Assembly (NCBI GenBank): GCA_032718475.1
Contig: JAUCBJ010009154.1
Location: forward strand, 62,001 to 126,000
Reading direction: 5' to 3'
DNA length: 64,000 nt
Source of the DNA: Nemertoderma westbladi
Lineage: Eukaryota; Animalia; Xenacoelomorpha
This document shows, piece after piece, positions 1-9,694 of the stretch. Below the pieces are notes generated by a model. The model was not told the origin of the DNA. It saw only the letters and a program-made list of their open reading frames with translations, and searched no databases. Position 1 is the first letter of the stretch; each line of letters starts with the position of its first letter. Both the position numbers and the translations under genes were made by a program.

Positions 1-2686
1 TCTCACCCACCCTAAAAACAATTCTCACCTGCCATAAAAGCAATTCTTACCTGCTGTAAAAACAATTCTCACCCGCCATAAAAGCAATTCTTGCCTGTTG
101 TAAAAACAATTCTTACCCCTGTAAAAATAATTCTCACCCACCCTAAAAACAATCTCACCCTCTGTAAAAACGATTCTCACCCACCCTAACAAACAATTCT
201 CACCCACCCTAAAAAAAACAATTCCCACCCACTGTAAAAACAATTCTCATCCACTGTAAAAGCAATTCTCACCCGCATTAAATACAATTCTCACCTGTCG
301 TAAAAACAATTCTTACCCGCCATAAAAACAATTCTCACCCACCATAAAAACAATTCTCACCCACCATAAAAGCAATTCTTACCCACCCTAAAAAACAATT
401 CTCACCTGCCATAAAAGCAATTCTCACCCACCCTAAAAAACAATTCTCACCCGCCGTATAAACAATTCGCATCCACTGCAAAAGCAATGCTCACCCGACC
501 CGCAGTAAATACAATTCTCACCTGTCGTAAAAACAATTATCATCCACCGTAAAAACAATTCTCACCCACCCTAACAAACAATTCACACCCACCCTAAAAA
601 AACAATTCTCACCTGCAGTAAATACAATTCTCATCTGTCGTAAAAACAATTATCATCCACTGTAAAAGCAATTCTCACTTACCCTAACAAACAATTCTCA
701 CCAACCCTTAAAAACAATCTCACCCGCCGTAAAAACAATTCTCACCCACCACAAAAGCAATTCTCACCCACCACAAAAGCAATTCTCATCCACCCTAACA
801 AACAATTCTCATCCGCGGATAAAACAATTCTCATCCGCCCTAAAAACAATTCTCACCCACCGTAAAAACAATTATCATCCACCGCAAGAACAATTCTCAT
901 CCATCCTAAAAACAATTCTCACCCGCAGTAAAAACAATTCTCACCCACCGTAAAAGCAATTCTTACCCACCGCAAAAGCAATTCTTACCCCTGTAAAAAT
1001 AATTCTCACCCACCGTAAAAGCAATTCATACCCACCGCAAAAGCAATTCTTACCCCTGTAAAAATAATTCTCACCCACCCTAAAAACAATTCCCACCCGC
1101 TGTAAAAATAATTCTCACCCGCCGGTAAAAACAATTCTCACCTGTCGTAAAAACAATTCTCATCCACCGTAAAAACAATTCTCACCCACCCTAACAAACA
1201 ATTCTCACCCACCCTAAAAAACAATTCTCACCCGCCATAAAAAACAATTCTTACCCACCATAAAAGCAATTCTTACCCACCCTAAAAAACAATTCTCACC
1301 CGCCATAAAAGCAATTTTTACCCTCTATAAAAACAATTCTTACCCCCGTAAAAATAATTCTCACCCACCCTAACAAACAATTCTCACCCACCCTAACAAA
1401 CAATTCTCACCCGCCGTAAAAACTATTCTCATCCACCTTAAAAAACAATACCCACCTGCTGTAAAAACAATTCTCACCCACCCTAAAAAACAATTCTCAC
1501 CCGTCGTAAAAACAATTCTTACCCCCGTAAAAGTAATTCTCACCCACCCCAAAAACAATTATCACCCACCGTAAAAACAATTCTCACCCACCCTAACAAA
1601 CAATTCTCACCCGCCGTAAAAACAATTATCACCCGCCGTTAAAACAATTCTTACCCCCGTAAAAGTAATTCCCACCCACCCTAAAAACAATTATCACCCA
1701 CCGTAAAAACAATTCTCACCCACCCTAACAAACAATTCTCACCCGCCGTAAAAACAATTCTCACCCACCCTAAAAAAAACAATTCTCACCCACCCCAACA
1801 AACAATTCTCACCCGCCGCAAAAACAATTCTCATCCACCGTAAACACAATTCTCACCCGCCGTAAAAACAATTCTCACCCACCCTAACAAACAATTCTCA
1901 CCCACCCTAAAAAACAATTCTCACCCGCCATAAAAAACAATTCTTACCCACCATAAAAGCAATTCTTACCCACCCTAAAAAACAATTCTCACCCGCCATA
2001 AAAGCAATTTTTACCCTCTATAAAAACAATTCTTACCCCCGTAAAAATAATTCTCACCCACCCTAACAAACAATTCTCACCCACCCTAACAAACAATTCT
2101 CACCCGCCGTAAAAACTATTCTCATCCACCTTAAAAAACAATACCCACCTGCTGTAAAAACAATTCTCACCCACCCTAAAAAACAATTCTCACCCGTCGT
2201 AAAAACAATTCTTACCCCCGTAAAAGTAATTCTCACCCACCCCAAAAACAATTATCACCCACCGTAAAAACAATTCTCACCCACCCTAACAAACAATTCT
2301 CACCCGCCGTAAAAACAATTCTCACCCGCCGTTAAAACAATTCTTACCCCCGTAAAAGTAATTCCCACCCACCCTAAAAACAATTATCACCCACCGTAAA
2401 AACAATTCTCACCCACCCTAACAAACAATTCTCACCCGCCGTAAAAACAATTCTCACCCACCCTAAAAAAAACAATTCTCACCCACCCCAACAAACAATT
2501 CTCACCCGCCGCAAAAACAATTCTCATCCACCGTAAACACAATTCTCACCCGCCGTAAAAACAATTATCATCCACTGCCAGAATAATTCTCACCCATCCT
2601 AAAAACAATTCTCATCCGCAGTAAAAACAATTCTCACCCGCTGTAAAAGCAATTCTTACCCACCGCAAAAGCAATTCTTACAATTC
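1..2686. repeat. Degenerate ~21-22 bp tandem repeat, consensus ~AAAACAATTCTCACCCACCGT; continues off the left edge; probably intronic
   Basis: CAATTCTCACCC core recurs every 21-22 nt with variable A-run and 3' trinucleotide (CGT/CCT/CAT); strong A/C skew on +; ends near ...gcaattcttacaattc at ~2686. Confidence 0.95.
1168..2553. repeat. 693-bp near-identical tandem duplication (higher-order repeat) within the 21-22 bp array
   Basis: 1168-1860 matches 1861-2553; the ORF track gives identical 62-aa ORFs at 1370 and 2063 (offset 693); only one substitution noticed by eye (attatcacccgccgtt vs attctcacccgccgtt). Confidence 0.9.
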
Positions 2687-3185
2687 AGCCTATATTTTTA
2701 GACATTGCCGGTTAATTAACCCTTCTTCACCGCCCCCCATCCTACTCCTTCCGACAGACAACCTTGTATATCATGAGAACCTCCCTTCCAACATCTGCAC
2801 GGTTCTCTGAACTAACTCTTGTTTAATCCGAAACTTAATCTACTATGGAGCGAGGATTGATGACAGCTCGGTACATAGGGGACATCCCACGTACACAGCA
2901 CGTGGTGGGCGGGAATAAATGCAACTCTACTGTCCAATTATTTCCCTCCCCCCAACAATTGGCCGCATTCAGCCTTCCTCTATCCATTTACCAAATGAGC
3001 ACGATCGAACGTATTCCTCCGGGTTCCTATAAATTTAACCTGTTTCTATCGAATTTACATTTATTTTTTGTTTAACTTAAATAATGTATATAAAAATAAT
3101 ATATAAAAAATGTATTATTAAAGGGATCCAATGTTACGGTTTATTTCTGAACAATTTTTTCAATTTTCGTATATTTTATGCAGTT

Positions 3186-3360
3186 GGGAGGGGGAGGGGG
3201 GGGGGGGGGTGGGGTGGGGGCAAAGAAATTAAACCCTCCCCAGGGGAAAATTTACGGAAGTTACAGCTGATTTCTCTCAGAAATAATATTTCCCTTCATC
3301 CATTGTCTCGAGATATGAATTAAACGAGATGAGATTTGCGTCAATTACCTCCTTGTCTCA

Positions 3361-3391
<31 letters not shown>
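3186..3391 (+). repeat. Two poly-G / G-run tracts (3186-3220 and 3366-3391), G-quadruplex-capable
   Basis: GGGAGGGGGAG(n)TGGGGTGGGGG and a 26-nt G homopolymer in AT-rich context; homopolymer lengths may be imprecise. Confidence 0.8.
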
Positions 3392-3396
<5 letters not shown>

Positions 3397-4039
3397 AACA
3401 ATAACAAACATTCAATTGTACTTTTGTCTATTTAATCTGTTGATTTATATTTCCAAATCGTTTTTTGAAATTTGAAAATATAACAGAGATTGACTGAAGC
3501 GCCAATTTCGTAACGGCAGCCGACACCGCAGCTAATAAAACCACTTGGGTAATTTTGCGATGTTCGGATTTTGGTTTCACAACAATCGTTATTTTAGTGA
3601 CGATCACATTAAACTCAAAACCGCAAAAAAATATGGACAATGAAACTAATATTCATTTGTTTCCCGATTTTTAAGTATATTCGATAAAAAAATATATATG
3701 TAAGTTCTTGTTAATAGTTTGTAAAACGCCGTTTTTGTTTTGTGAACATTTAATAATATACAAGTAATTTGGTCATGTTAAATATGAGTTACAATATGTA
3801 ATTAACATTTGAAATTGCTTGTAATTGACAACATATGGTTGCTTTATTTATAGAAGCTTTGAACCTATTTAATGACGCATTTGTTAAACATCTTAACTAT
3901 TGTTGAACATAGTAACTTTTCTGGGGTAGTATATCTCTAATTATAAAATTTTTATAGAGCAGCTTTCGTAAGTATTATTATTATTTTTTTTTTCATTTTA
4001 TTGATTATTATTTATATATTACAGCATATTTATTTAGGC

Positions 4040-4494
4040 ACATGTAGGGGGGTAGGCTATATGGTACATGGTAGGTGGGTAGGCTATATGATACATGGTA
4101 GGTGGGTAGGCTATATGGTACATGGTAGGTGGGTAGGCTTTATGATACATGGTAGGTGGGTAGGCTATATGGTACATGGTAGGTGGGTAGGCTATATGGT
4201 ACATGGTAGGTGGGTAGGCTATATGGTACATGGTAGGTGGGTAGGCTATATGATACATGGTAGGTGGGTAGGCTATATGGTACATGGTAGGTGGGTAGGC
4301 TATATGGTACATGGTAGGTGGGTAGACTATATGATACATGGTAGGTGGGTAGGCTATATGGTACATGGTAGGTGGGTAGGCTATATGGTACATGGTAGGT
4401 GGGTAGGCTATATGGTACATGGTAGGTGGGTAGGCTATATGATACATGGTAGGTGGGTAGGCTATATGGTACATGGTAGGTGGGTAGGCTATAT
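4040..4494. repeat. 27-bp G-rich minisatellite (GGTAGGTGGGTAGGCTATATGGTACAT), ~17 copies
   Basis: Near-perfect tandem copies with a recurrent G/A variant (atggta/atgata); 9-aa periodic ORFs on both strands reflect the 27-bp period. Confidence 0.95.
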
Positions 4495-5205
4495 TTAGTA
4501 TTCCATGCCTATAGCCCATCTAAACCCATCTATGATAATGGACAGCTCTCAATGGAAGGAAGTTAAAACCAAAACAATAAATGCTGGTTAAAGTTTTTTT
4601 TTGGTGCAATGAGAGCGGTAATTTGCGCAGACTTTTCCCTGAATAGGATTCAAGTGAGTCCAACATAGTCAAGTCAATCTTGGGCCGCAACCCAAAACTA
4701 ATTGGCAATTAATCCGAACAAAATAGTTTTCTTTCTACATTGTCTTGCTAAGTCTAGTCACCAATTTAGTTTCCAGAATAATTTAAATTACTCTAATCAT
4801 TAATTAATTAATAATTTTTATTATCATTTTGGCTGGTTGGCCGTACTATAATATATGAAGCTTATTTATAAAAATGTTCTACTAAACGAGGCAATTTAAC
4901 CCAACCCATGAGATTTCTCGGCCTCAAAATCCTCGTTACAAAAAATAGAATAAACTATAATAATGTTTATGCGGTTATTAATTTACTTTAATTTTTCCGC
5001 CATATATCCGAGTTACGCTTTGAGCTAAGAATCTCATAAACTTATAATATACATAATTTGCATCCCTTTCTATCCTGTAGAGTTATAATATATTTTCAAC
5101 ATAAACTATTATAATTACATTGACTATTTAGTTTAATTTCTTTATTATTTCCCAAATTAATTGTTTTACTTTACTTTTAATTTTATGATTTTCTTGCTGT
5201 TTCAG

Positions 5206-6013
5206 CGGCGGTTTGTGTAAGCGGTCCAGTAAACCTTTCTACCACAACCAGTCTGGTCCGTCCCTTCCTATCCTACCAACCGGGTCATCGACCTCCAGCA
5301 GTCAGGCTGCTCGTCCAACAAATCACAACAACTCATCCACAACCAGCAGCCAATACAAAACCTCATCGTCAACCAGCGAGAAATTCCGCCAATCATCCTC
5401 TCGTTACGGTATGAGTTCCGGCGTCCCCCCCAGAACCGTCAGCCCATCGCATAGCAACGGCCACAACAAAGCCTCCCATAACTACATGAACCTTCCGTGT
5501 TCGCCCTCCAGCGGCGGCACGGGGAACACGCGGTCTAACCGCTCCGTTTATGGGACAACCAACTCTCAGGACTACGTGCCCATGAGTTACCCAGAGCGCC
5601 CGGGCAAACAACGACGTCACCATCATCACCTGGCGGAGCAACCCGGTACCACCGTCTCGTCGCACTCGTCCACGGCCCCTAACGGTTCTCGCTACGCTCG
5701 GTCTCCCCGCGCGAACACCGCTCCCATCTCTCCGACGACGGTTAACTACTCCGAGATGGACCTCGGGCCCTCGTCGTCCCGGACGCCCCCGGCTCACGGC
5801 GGGCCCCATGCGCCCCCCAGCGAAGAGAAACTCCTGTACGCGCAGATAGACCACGAGAAGTCCACGGCTCTGGCGCTCGCACTCGATATGCAGAATAAAA
5901 TGCGACTTGCGCAGACAGCCGCCGTGGTTGCCGGGGAACGGAACCAGAGGGGCAGCGCCTCCAGCACAGAGTCTGCTGATAGGAAATCCAGCAAACGTTG
6001 GCCCTTCAAATAA
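5206..6013 (+). CDS. Terminal coding exon of a receptor-tyrosine-kinase docking/adaptor protein, most like the Gab/DOS family (FRS2/IRS-like less likely)
   Basis: Polypyrimidine tract and acceptor ttttcttgctgtttcag|C at 5205/5206; sharp GC rise; open frame to TAA 6011-6013; Ser/Pro-rich disordered sequence with SH2-docking motifs YMNL (Grb2-type YxN), YVPM (PI3K p85-type YxxM) and a tandem pair VNYSEMDL...EEKLLYAQIDHEKSTAL 30 aa apart, resembling the Gab C-terminal SHP2-binding bis-tyrosine motif. The upstream PH/PTB exons are not seen in the window. Confidence 0.75.
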
Positions 6014-6240
6014 AGTCACCTTATACGACCCCCAAACGACTTTATACGACCAAACCTCCCACCTTCTACTGCTAATAAATCTTGGATTTTTTTTGTATGA
6101 TATTTCGCCAAAACTGATCATTTTGGTCATATTAAACTTTTTAGTTGTATTTTTATGACTTTTCAAGTTGTGGGTTTTTGTATTGATACTTGTTTCAGTT
6201 TCGTGATTGAAAGTAATTTTACGTACTTTTATGTAATAAA
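6014..6240 (+). other. Probable 3' UTR with candidate AATAAA signals (6074-6079, 6235-6240)
   Basis: AT/U-rich sequence after the stop codon with canonical hexamers; the true cleavage site cannot be determined. Confidence 0.4.
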
Positions 6241-6714
6241 ATAACGCTAATTATTTATCGCAGAGCTTAACCATCTAAATATGCTGCATCACTGGTGGGT
6301 GATAAATCTGTAATTAACTACAATATGCATGTGAAATACTATCTATCATGTAAATTGCGCGATTTTTAATATTGTTTCATTTATAATCTTTTATTGTCGA
6401 ATTTATTTTATTTGTTCAACATCCATTGACTGATTATCACAAAAAGTGGCCAAAATAACTTTTTTTTATAACTATCTCGTGTCATAGGCAAAATTATATT
6501 ACAATACTACTTTCAAATAAATATATGTGCCTGGAGAAGAAAGATATGCGCCTGGCGTTGTTAGAGCGAACTGATGTGAGAGCGCTGTGAAAGTTAGTCA
6601 AAATGCGATGCAAAATGTGTCTGTGAACCGCGGGCTTAACGTGAAATCCAAAATTTAAATAAATGCTATCCGCTGAAAAATAGCTGCGTCATGAGTGGTT
6701 GCTACTTATATACG

Positions 6715-6768
6715 AAATATTCTGGAATATAGATAGTTTTCTATTATTTATAGTGTTCCAGAATATTT
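6715..6768. repeat. Inverted repeat / hairpin with 13-bp perfect arms
   Basis: AAATATTCTGGAA (6715-6727) is the reverse complement of TTCCAGAATATTT (6756-6768), enclosing a small ATAG-TTTT-CTAT stem-loop. Confidence 0.7.
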
Positions 6769-6786
6769 TGATATAAATATTCTGAT

Positions 6787-6868
6787 ACAAATAGAACTAC
6801 GTAGAACAAATAGAACTACGTAGAACAAATAGAACTACGTAGAACAAATAGAACTACGTAGAACAAAT
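6787..6868. repeat. 19-bp perfect tandem repeat (ACAAATAGAACTACGTAGA) x4.3
   Basis: Four identical copies plus a partial copy; each contains the palindrome CTACGTAG. Confidence 0.95.
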
Positions 6869-7144
6869 TAAAATAGTTTTCTATGACGATTTGTTACACA
6901 TCTTCCGGAGATATCATACCCAAAGCCTTCGAGCAGCACGGTGCGCGAAACCTACCATTCGTGCTTCTCAGTATCATACGTGCTGCGCGATGGCTCCACC
7001 CAATAAACTTTTGAAAACATCCAAACGTTCGATACACTAATAAGTACCAAGTTTTGTCTAATTAAATACAATGACGTTGTTATTTGTACCGAAACACCAA
7101 TAAAGTAATGAAGCCGAAATATGCGAAACGTTTTGGCGACTTTT

Positions 7145-7314
7145 TGTGAGACTGAACCAATTTATATCACATTGTGGCATTGAGCCAATCTATATCCCAT
7201 TGTGGCACTGAACCAATTTATATCCCATTGTGGCACTGAGCCAATCTCTGTCCTATTGCGGGACAGGGTCAGTCTCCGTCCCATTATGGAATTGAACCAA
7301 TTATGTCCCATGTG
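7145..7314. repeat. Degenerate 28-bp tandem repeat (TGTGGCACTGARCCAATYTATATCCCAT), ~4 copies plus decayed copies
   Basis: Units start at 7145, 7173, 7201 and 7229 with alternating gaaccaattt/gagccaatct (56-bp dimer); a decayed unit lies at ~7280-7314. Confidence 0.85.
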
Positions 7315-7441
7315 TATTACTTATTCAATGATAATGTTCCCATTGGCTATGTTTTGTACAGTATATATATTAGTAATCAATTAGTAATATGTTGTGCTAT
7401 TATTGAATTTTGAATAATTGTCAATTTCCAATATAAATTGC

Positions 7442-7507
7442 ATAAATGAGTCCGCCATATTAACTTATCCTTTCTTTGCTATAAATGAGTCCGCCATATT
7501 AACTTAA
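7442..7507 (+). repeat. Left-edge stub of the large satellite array (1.7 monomers), separated from the rest by the retroelement
   Basis: One perfect 39-bp monomer at 7442-7480 followed by a partial monomer ending ...ATATTAACTTAA. Confidence 0.95.
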
Positions 7508-7551
7508 GAAAGATAGGTTCAACACTGGGGACTCCCCTTGTATCTAAAAAG
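7504..7551 (-). repeat. 48-bp perfect inverted copy of 9703-9750 (inverted pseudo-LTR fragment)
   Basis: TTAAGAAAGATAGGTTCAACACTGGGGACTCCCCTTGTATCTAAAAAG is the exact reverse complement of 9703-9750. Confidence 0.97.
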
Positions 7552-7552
7552 T

Positions 7553-8935
7553 TTAGGAGTTACTTTTATGGCTCTCGACGTTGTCGACATGTATCCGTCG
7601 GTCGACCATGCTTTGGCCACCGACGCCATATCCTCATCGATAAAGGAGAACCCGGATTTAGTGGATATTTCGGGTTATACTTTGGAACAGATTAATGCGT
7701 TGCTTTATTTTGTAATTACTCATACCTATTTTAAAGCTTGTGGTAAATTCTATTTATTAATTAAAGGGTTGGGTATGGGGGGTCCAGCGGGTAAGTCTAT
7801 TGCAGTACTGACGGTCCATCGTATACACGAGCATGTTGGGTTAATTACCCTGTTTGGTGCTATTTATTTTAAAACGTTTGTTGACGACGGGGAGGGGATT
7901 TTCAGTAAGGTTCTAACTTCGACCGAGAAAACAAACATAATTCAGCGATACAACGCGGGCAGTGAGGTTATATTTGGGAGGGATTCCATACAGTTTACAG
8001 TAGATTTCTCGCATGAGAAGTCCACATTTTTGGATTTGGACCTTTTTGTTAGTGGTATAGGTAGTGGTATTATCACGGGGGTGCACTTTAAACCCCTTTC
8101 CAATAAATTACCGATTCCATACAGTAGTTACCACGACAATAGAGTTCTGGAGGGTGTGGTTAAAGGCCAAGTGAAAAGGTTCTGGAGATTGACTGGGGGG
8201 GGTGACCAGTTCATTGTAGCGAGGGATAGATACCTGACGGACTGTTGGGCTATGGGCTACCCCGTGGATTTTCTTAACGAGGTTAGAGGGGTGAGCAGTT
8301 GGGAGAAGGCGGAGGGGGTAGTACAGTACACTGGGGCGGATTACCGAAGGGTATTTCTGGCGGTGAGTGGCCCAACGAGATCAGCTCTGAAGGGTGTGAT
8401 AAAGAAATATGGGGGCACGCTGGAGAAGTGGGGGTTGAACGTGGGTATGACAGCGAAGCGCGGATATAAATTGGAGAACATGCTAGTGAGAAAGCGGACT
8501 AAACCAGAATGGAAAGGAAATAGACCGTGTGGGCGTCCCAGGTGTATGACCTGCCCCTGGATCGTGGATTGTGAAAGGACACCTTGGGGGGATAAGGTGC
8601 TGGGCGCGTTCGACTGTACCTCCTTCAACGTACTGTATTTCATTTCCTGTAAGGACCACCCGAGTGAGTTTTACATAGGACAGACGGAGCAGCGTATAAG
8701 AGAGAGAATGAATACCCATAGGTCAGTAATTAATGGATTTAGGACGCAGGTGGCCCCCGAATACAGTGAACACGACGAAGTGTTGTTGTGTGAGCATTTC
8801 AGGCAATGTGAGCTGTCCCAGCTGCGGGTGACAGTGTTTAGGGCATATAGGAGCGACAGCGATCGCATCCACGGCGAGGCTAATTACATACATAGGTGCG
8901 GACCAACTTTGAACAAGAGTAAGCCAACAATATAG
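7553..8935 (+). CDS. PLE reverse transcriptase - GIY-YIG endonuclease polyprotein, N-terminally truncated (ORF-track start 7538 lies in the inverted segment)
   Basis: RT motifs ALDVVDMYPSV (A), KGLGMGGPAG (B), KTFVDDG (C), TFLDLDL (E), thumb HFKP...YSSYH; linker PCGRPRCMTC; FDCTSFNVLYFISC...YIGQT...RERMNTHR, CEHF and GEANYI...PTLN typical of the PLE GIY-YIG domain. No stops or frameshifts; N-terminus and fingers missing. Confidence 0.92.
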   Translation, partial: LGVTFMALDVVDMYPSVDHALATDAISSSIKENPDLVDISGYTLEQINALLYFVITHTYFKACGKFYLLIKGLGMGGPAGKSIAVLTVHRIHEHVGLITLFGAIYFKTFVDDGEGIFSKVLTSTEKTNIIQRYNAGSEVIFGRDSIQFTVDFSHEKSTFLDLDLFVSGIGSGIITGVHFKPLSNKLPIPYSSYHDNRVLEGVVKGQVKRFWRLTGGGDQFIVARDRYLTDCWAMGYPVDFLNEVRGVSSWEKAEGVVQYTGADYRRVFLAVSGPTRSALKGVIKKYGGTLEKWGLNVGMTAKRGYKLENMLVRKRTKPEWKGNRPCGRPRCMTCPWIVDCERTPWGDKVLGAFDCTSFNVLYFISCKDHPSEFYIGQTEQRIRERMNTHRSVINGFRTQVAPEYSEHDEVLLCEHFRQCELSQLRVTVFRAYRSDSDRIHGEANYIHRCGPTLNKSKPTI

Positions 8936-9657
8936 GATCTCTACCTGAACGTGTGAACGGACGCAACCGGATTGCGTGTGGATATTTGTGTGGACGGCCA
9001 TACGCGTAGGCAGGTGGGTGTTTGTTGTGCGGGGGGGGGGGGGGGGGGGGGCAGTCTGGGGGTGACATACCGGTACAGCAGTACTGGGTTATGAATCCTG
9101 ATGGTGGAGGGGTTTGGTAGACAGGTTTGTTTCTGTGTTCTGTATCGTCAGTCGGACTACTGCACGATCAGGCTTGAACTGGGCTAGGTGTGGGTCGTCG
9201 GCGCGGGGATTTGGGCAGTGGTGTAGGAGTAGGAGTCTGTAGCGACGATATGTCGGCGGTTATCAGGGTATAGGTGGGAGGGAATTGCGGGATGGGAATC
9301 GGCACTCTTACTGTACTGCAGTACCGGCATTGGTGCAGCAGTTCGGCACTAGGGGACGGGTTAGTTTAGTAAGGTAGGCGGTGTTGTGCGGGGGGGGGGG
9401 GGGGGGGGGGGTGGGGTACAAGATTGATGTACATACGGGGTTATACAGTTAATATATATAGTTAATATTTAATGCAATGTCATCGATATTCTGCCACTTT
9501 ACACTTTATAGGCCTACTATGTAAATGTTTACTAATTAGTATTTTTAGGTAGTTCTGCTACATACTATGTAAATAATAACGGTACCTAACTATAATTTAA
9601 TTTGAATTTGATTTATGTAACGCAACATTTATGTAATTATTTCAAGTAACTGTATCG

Positions 9658-9694
9658 TCCTTGATAAGGAGACAAGATCTCGAAATCGATCGGA
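9658..9694 (+). ncRNA. Minimal type I hammerhead ribozyme motif in the PLE pseudo-LTR
   Basis: TCC (stem I) - TTGATAA (core, U3/A8 variant of CUGANGA) - G - GAGA caaga TCTC (stem II) - GAAA - TCGA (palindromic loop III) - TC (NUH, predicted cleavage after 9691) - GGA (stem I'). Position and architecture match PLE hammerheads. Confidence 0.8.

Noticed and set aside
25-2251. Short minus-strand ORFs in the 21-22 bp array
   Set aside because: Frame is broken constantly by A-run length variation; repeat-derived.
3488-3550. Possible small internal exon (GC-richer patch ending in GG/GTAATT)
   Set aside because: No polypyrimidine tract before the AG, and all three + frames contain stops.
4001-4519. 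Repetitive ORFs on both strands (MVHGRWVGY / IAYPPTMYH)
   Set aside because: By-product of the 27-bp minisatellite period.
5393-6166. 257-aa antisense ORF and other overlapping ORFs
   Set aside because: Shadow frames of the GC-rich + strand exon, which has the splice acceptor and recognizable motifs.
8341-9068. Short minus-strand ORFs over the PLE
   Set aside because: Antisense shadows of the RT-EN frame and a poly-G-derived polyproline; no motifs.
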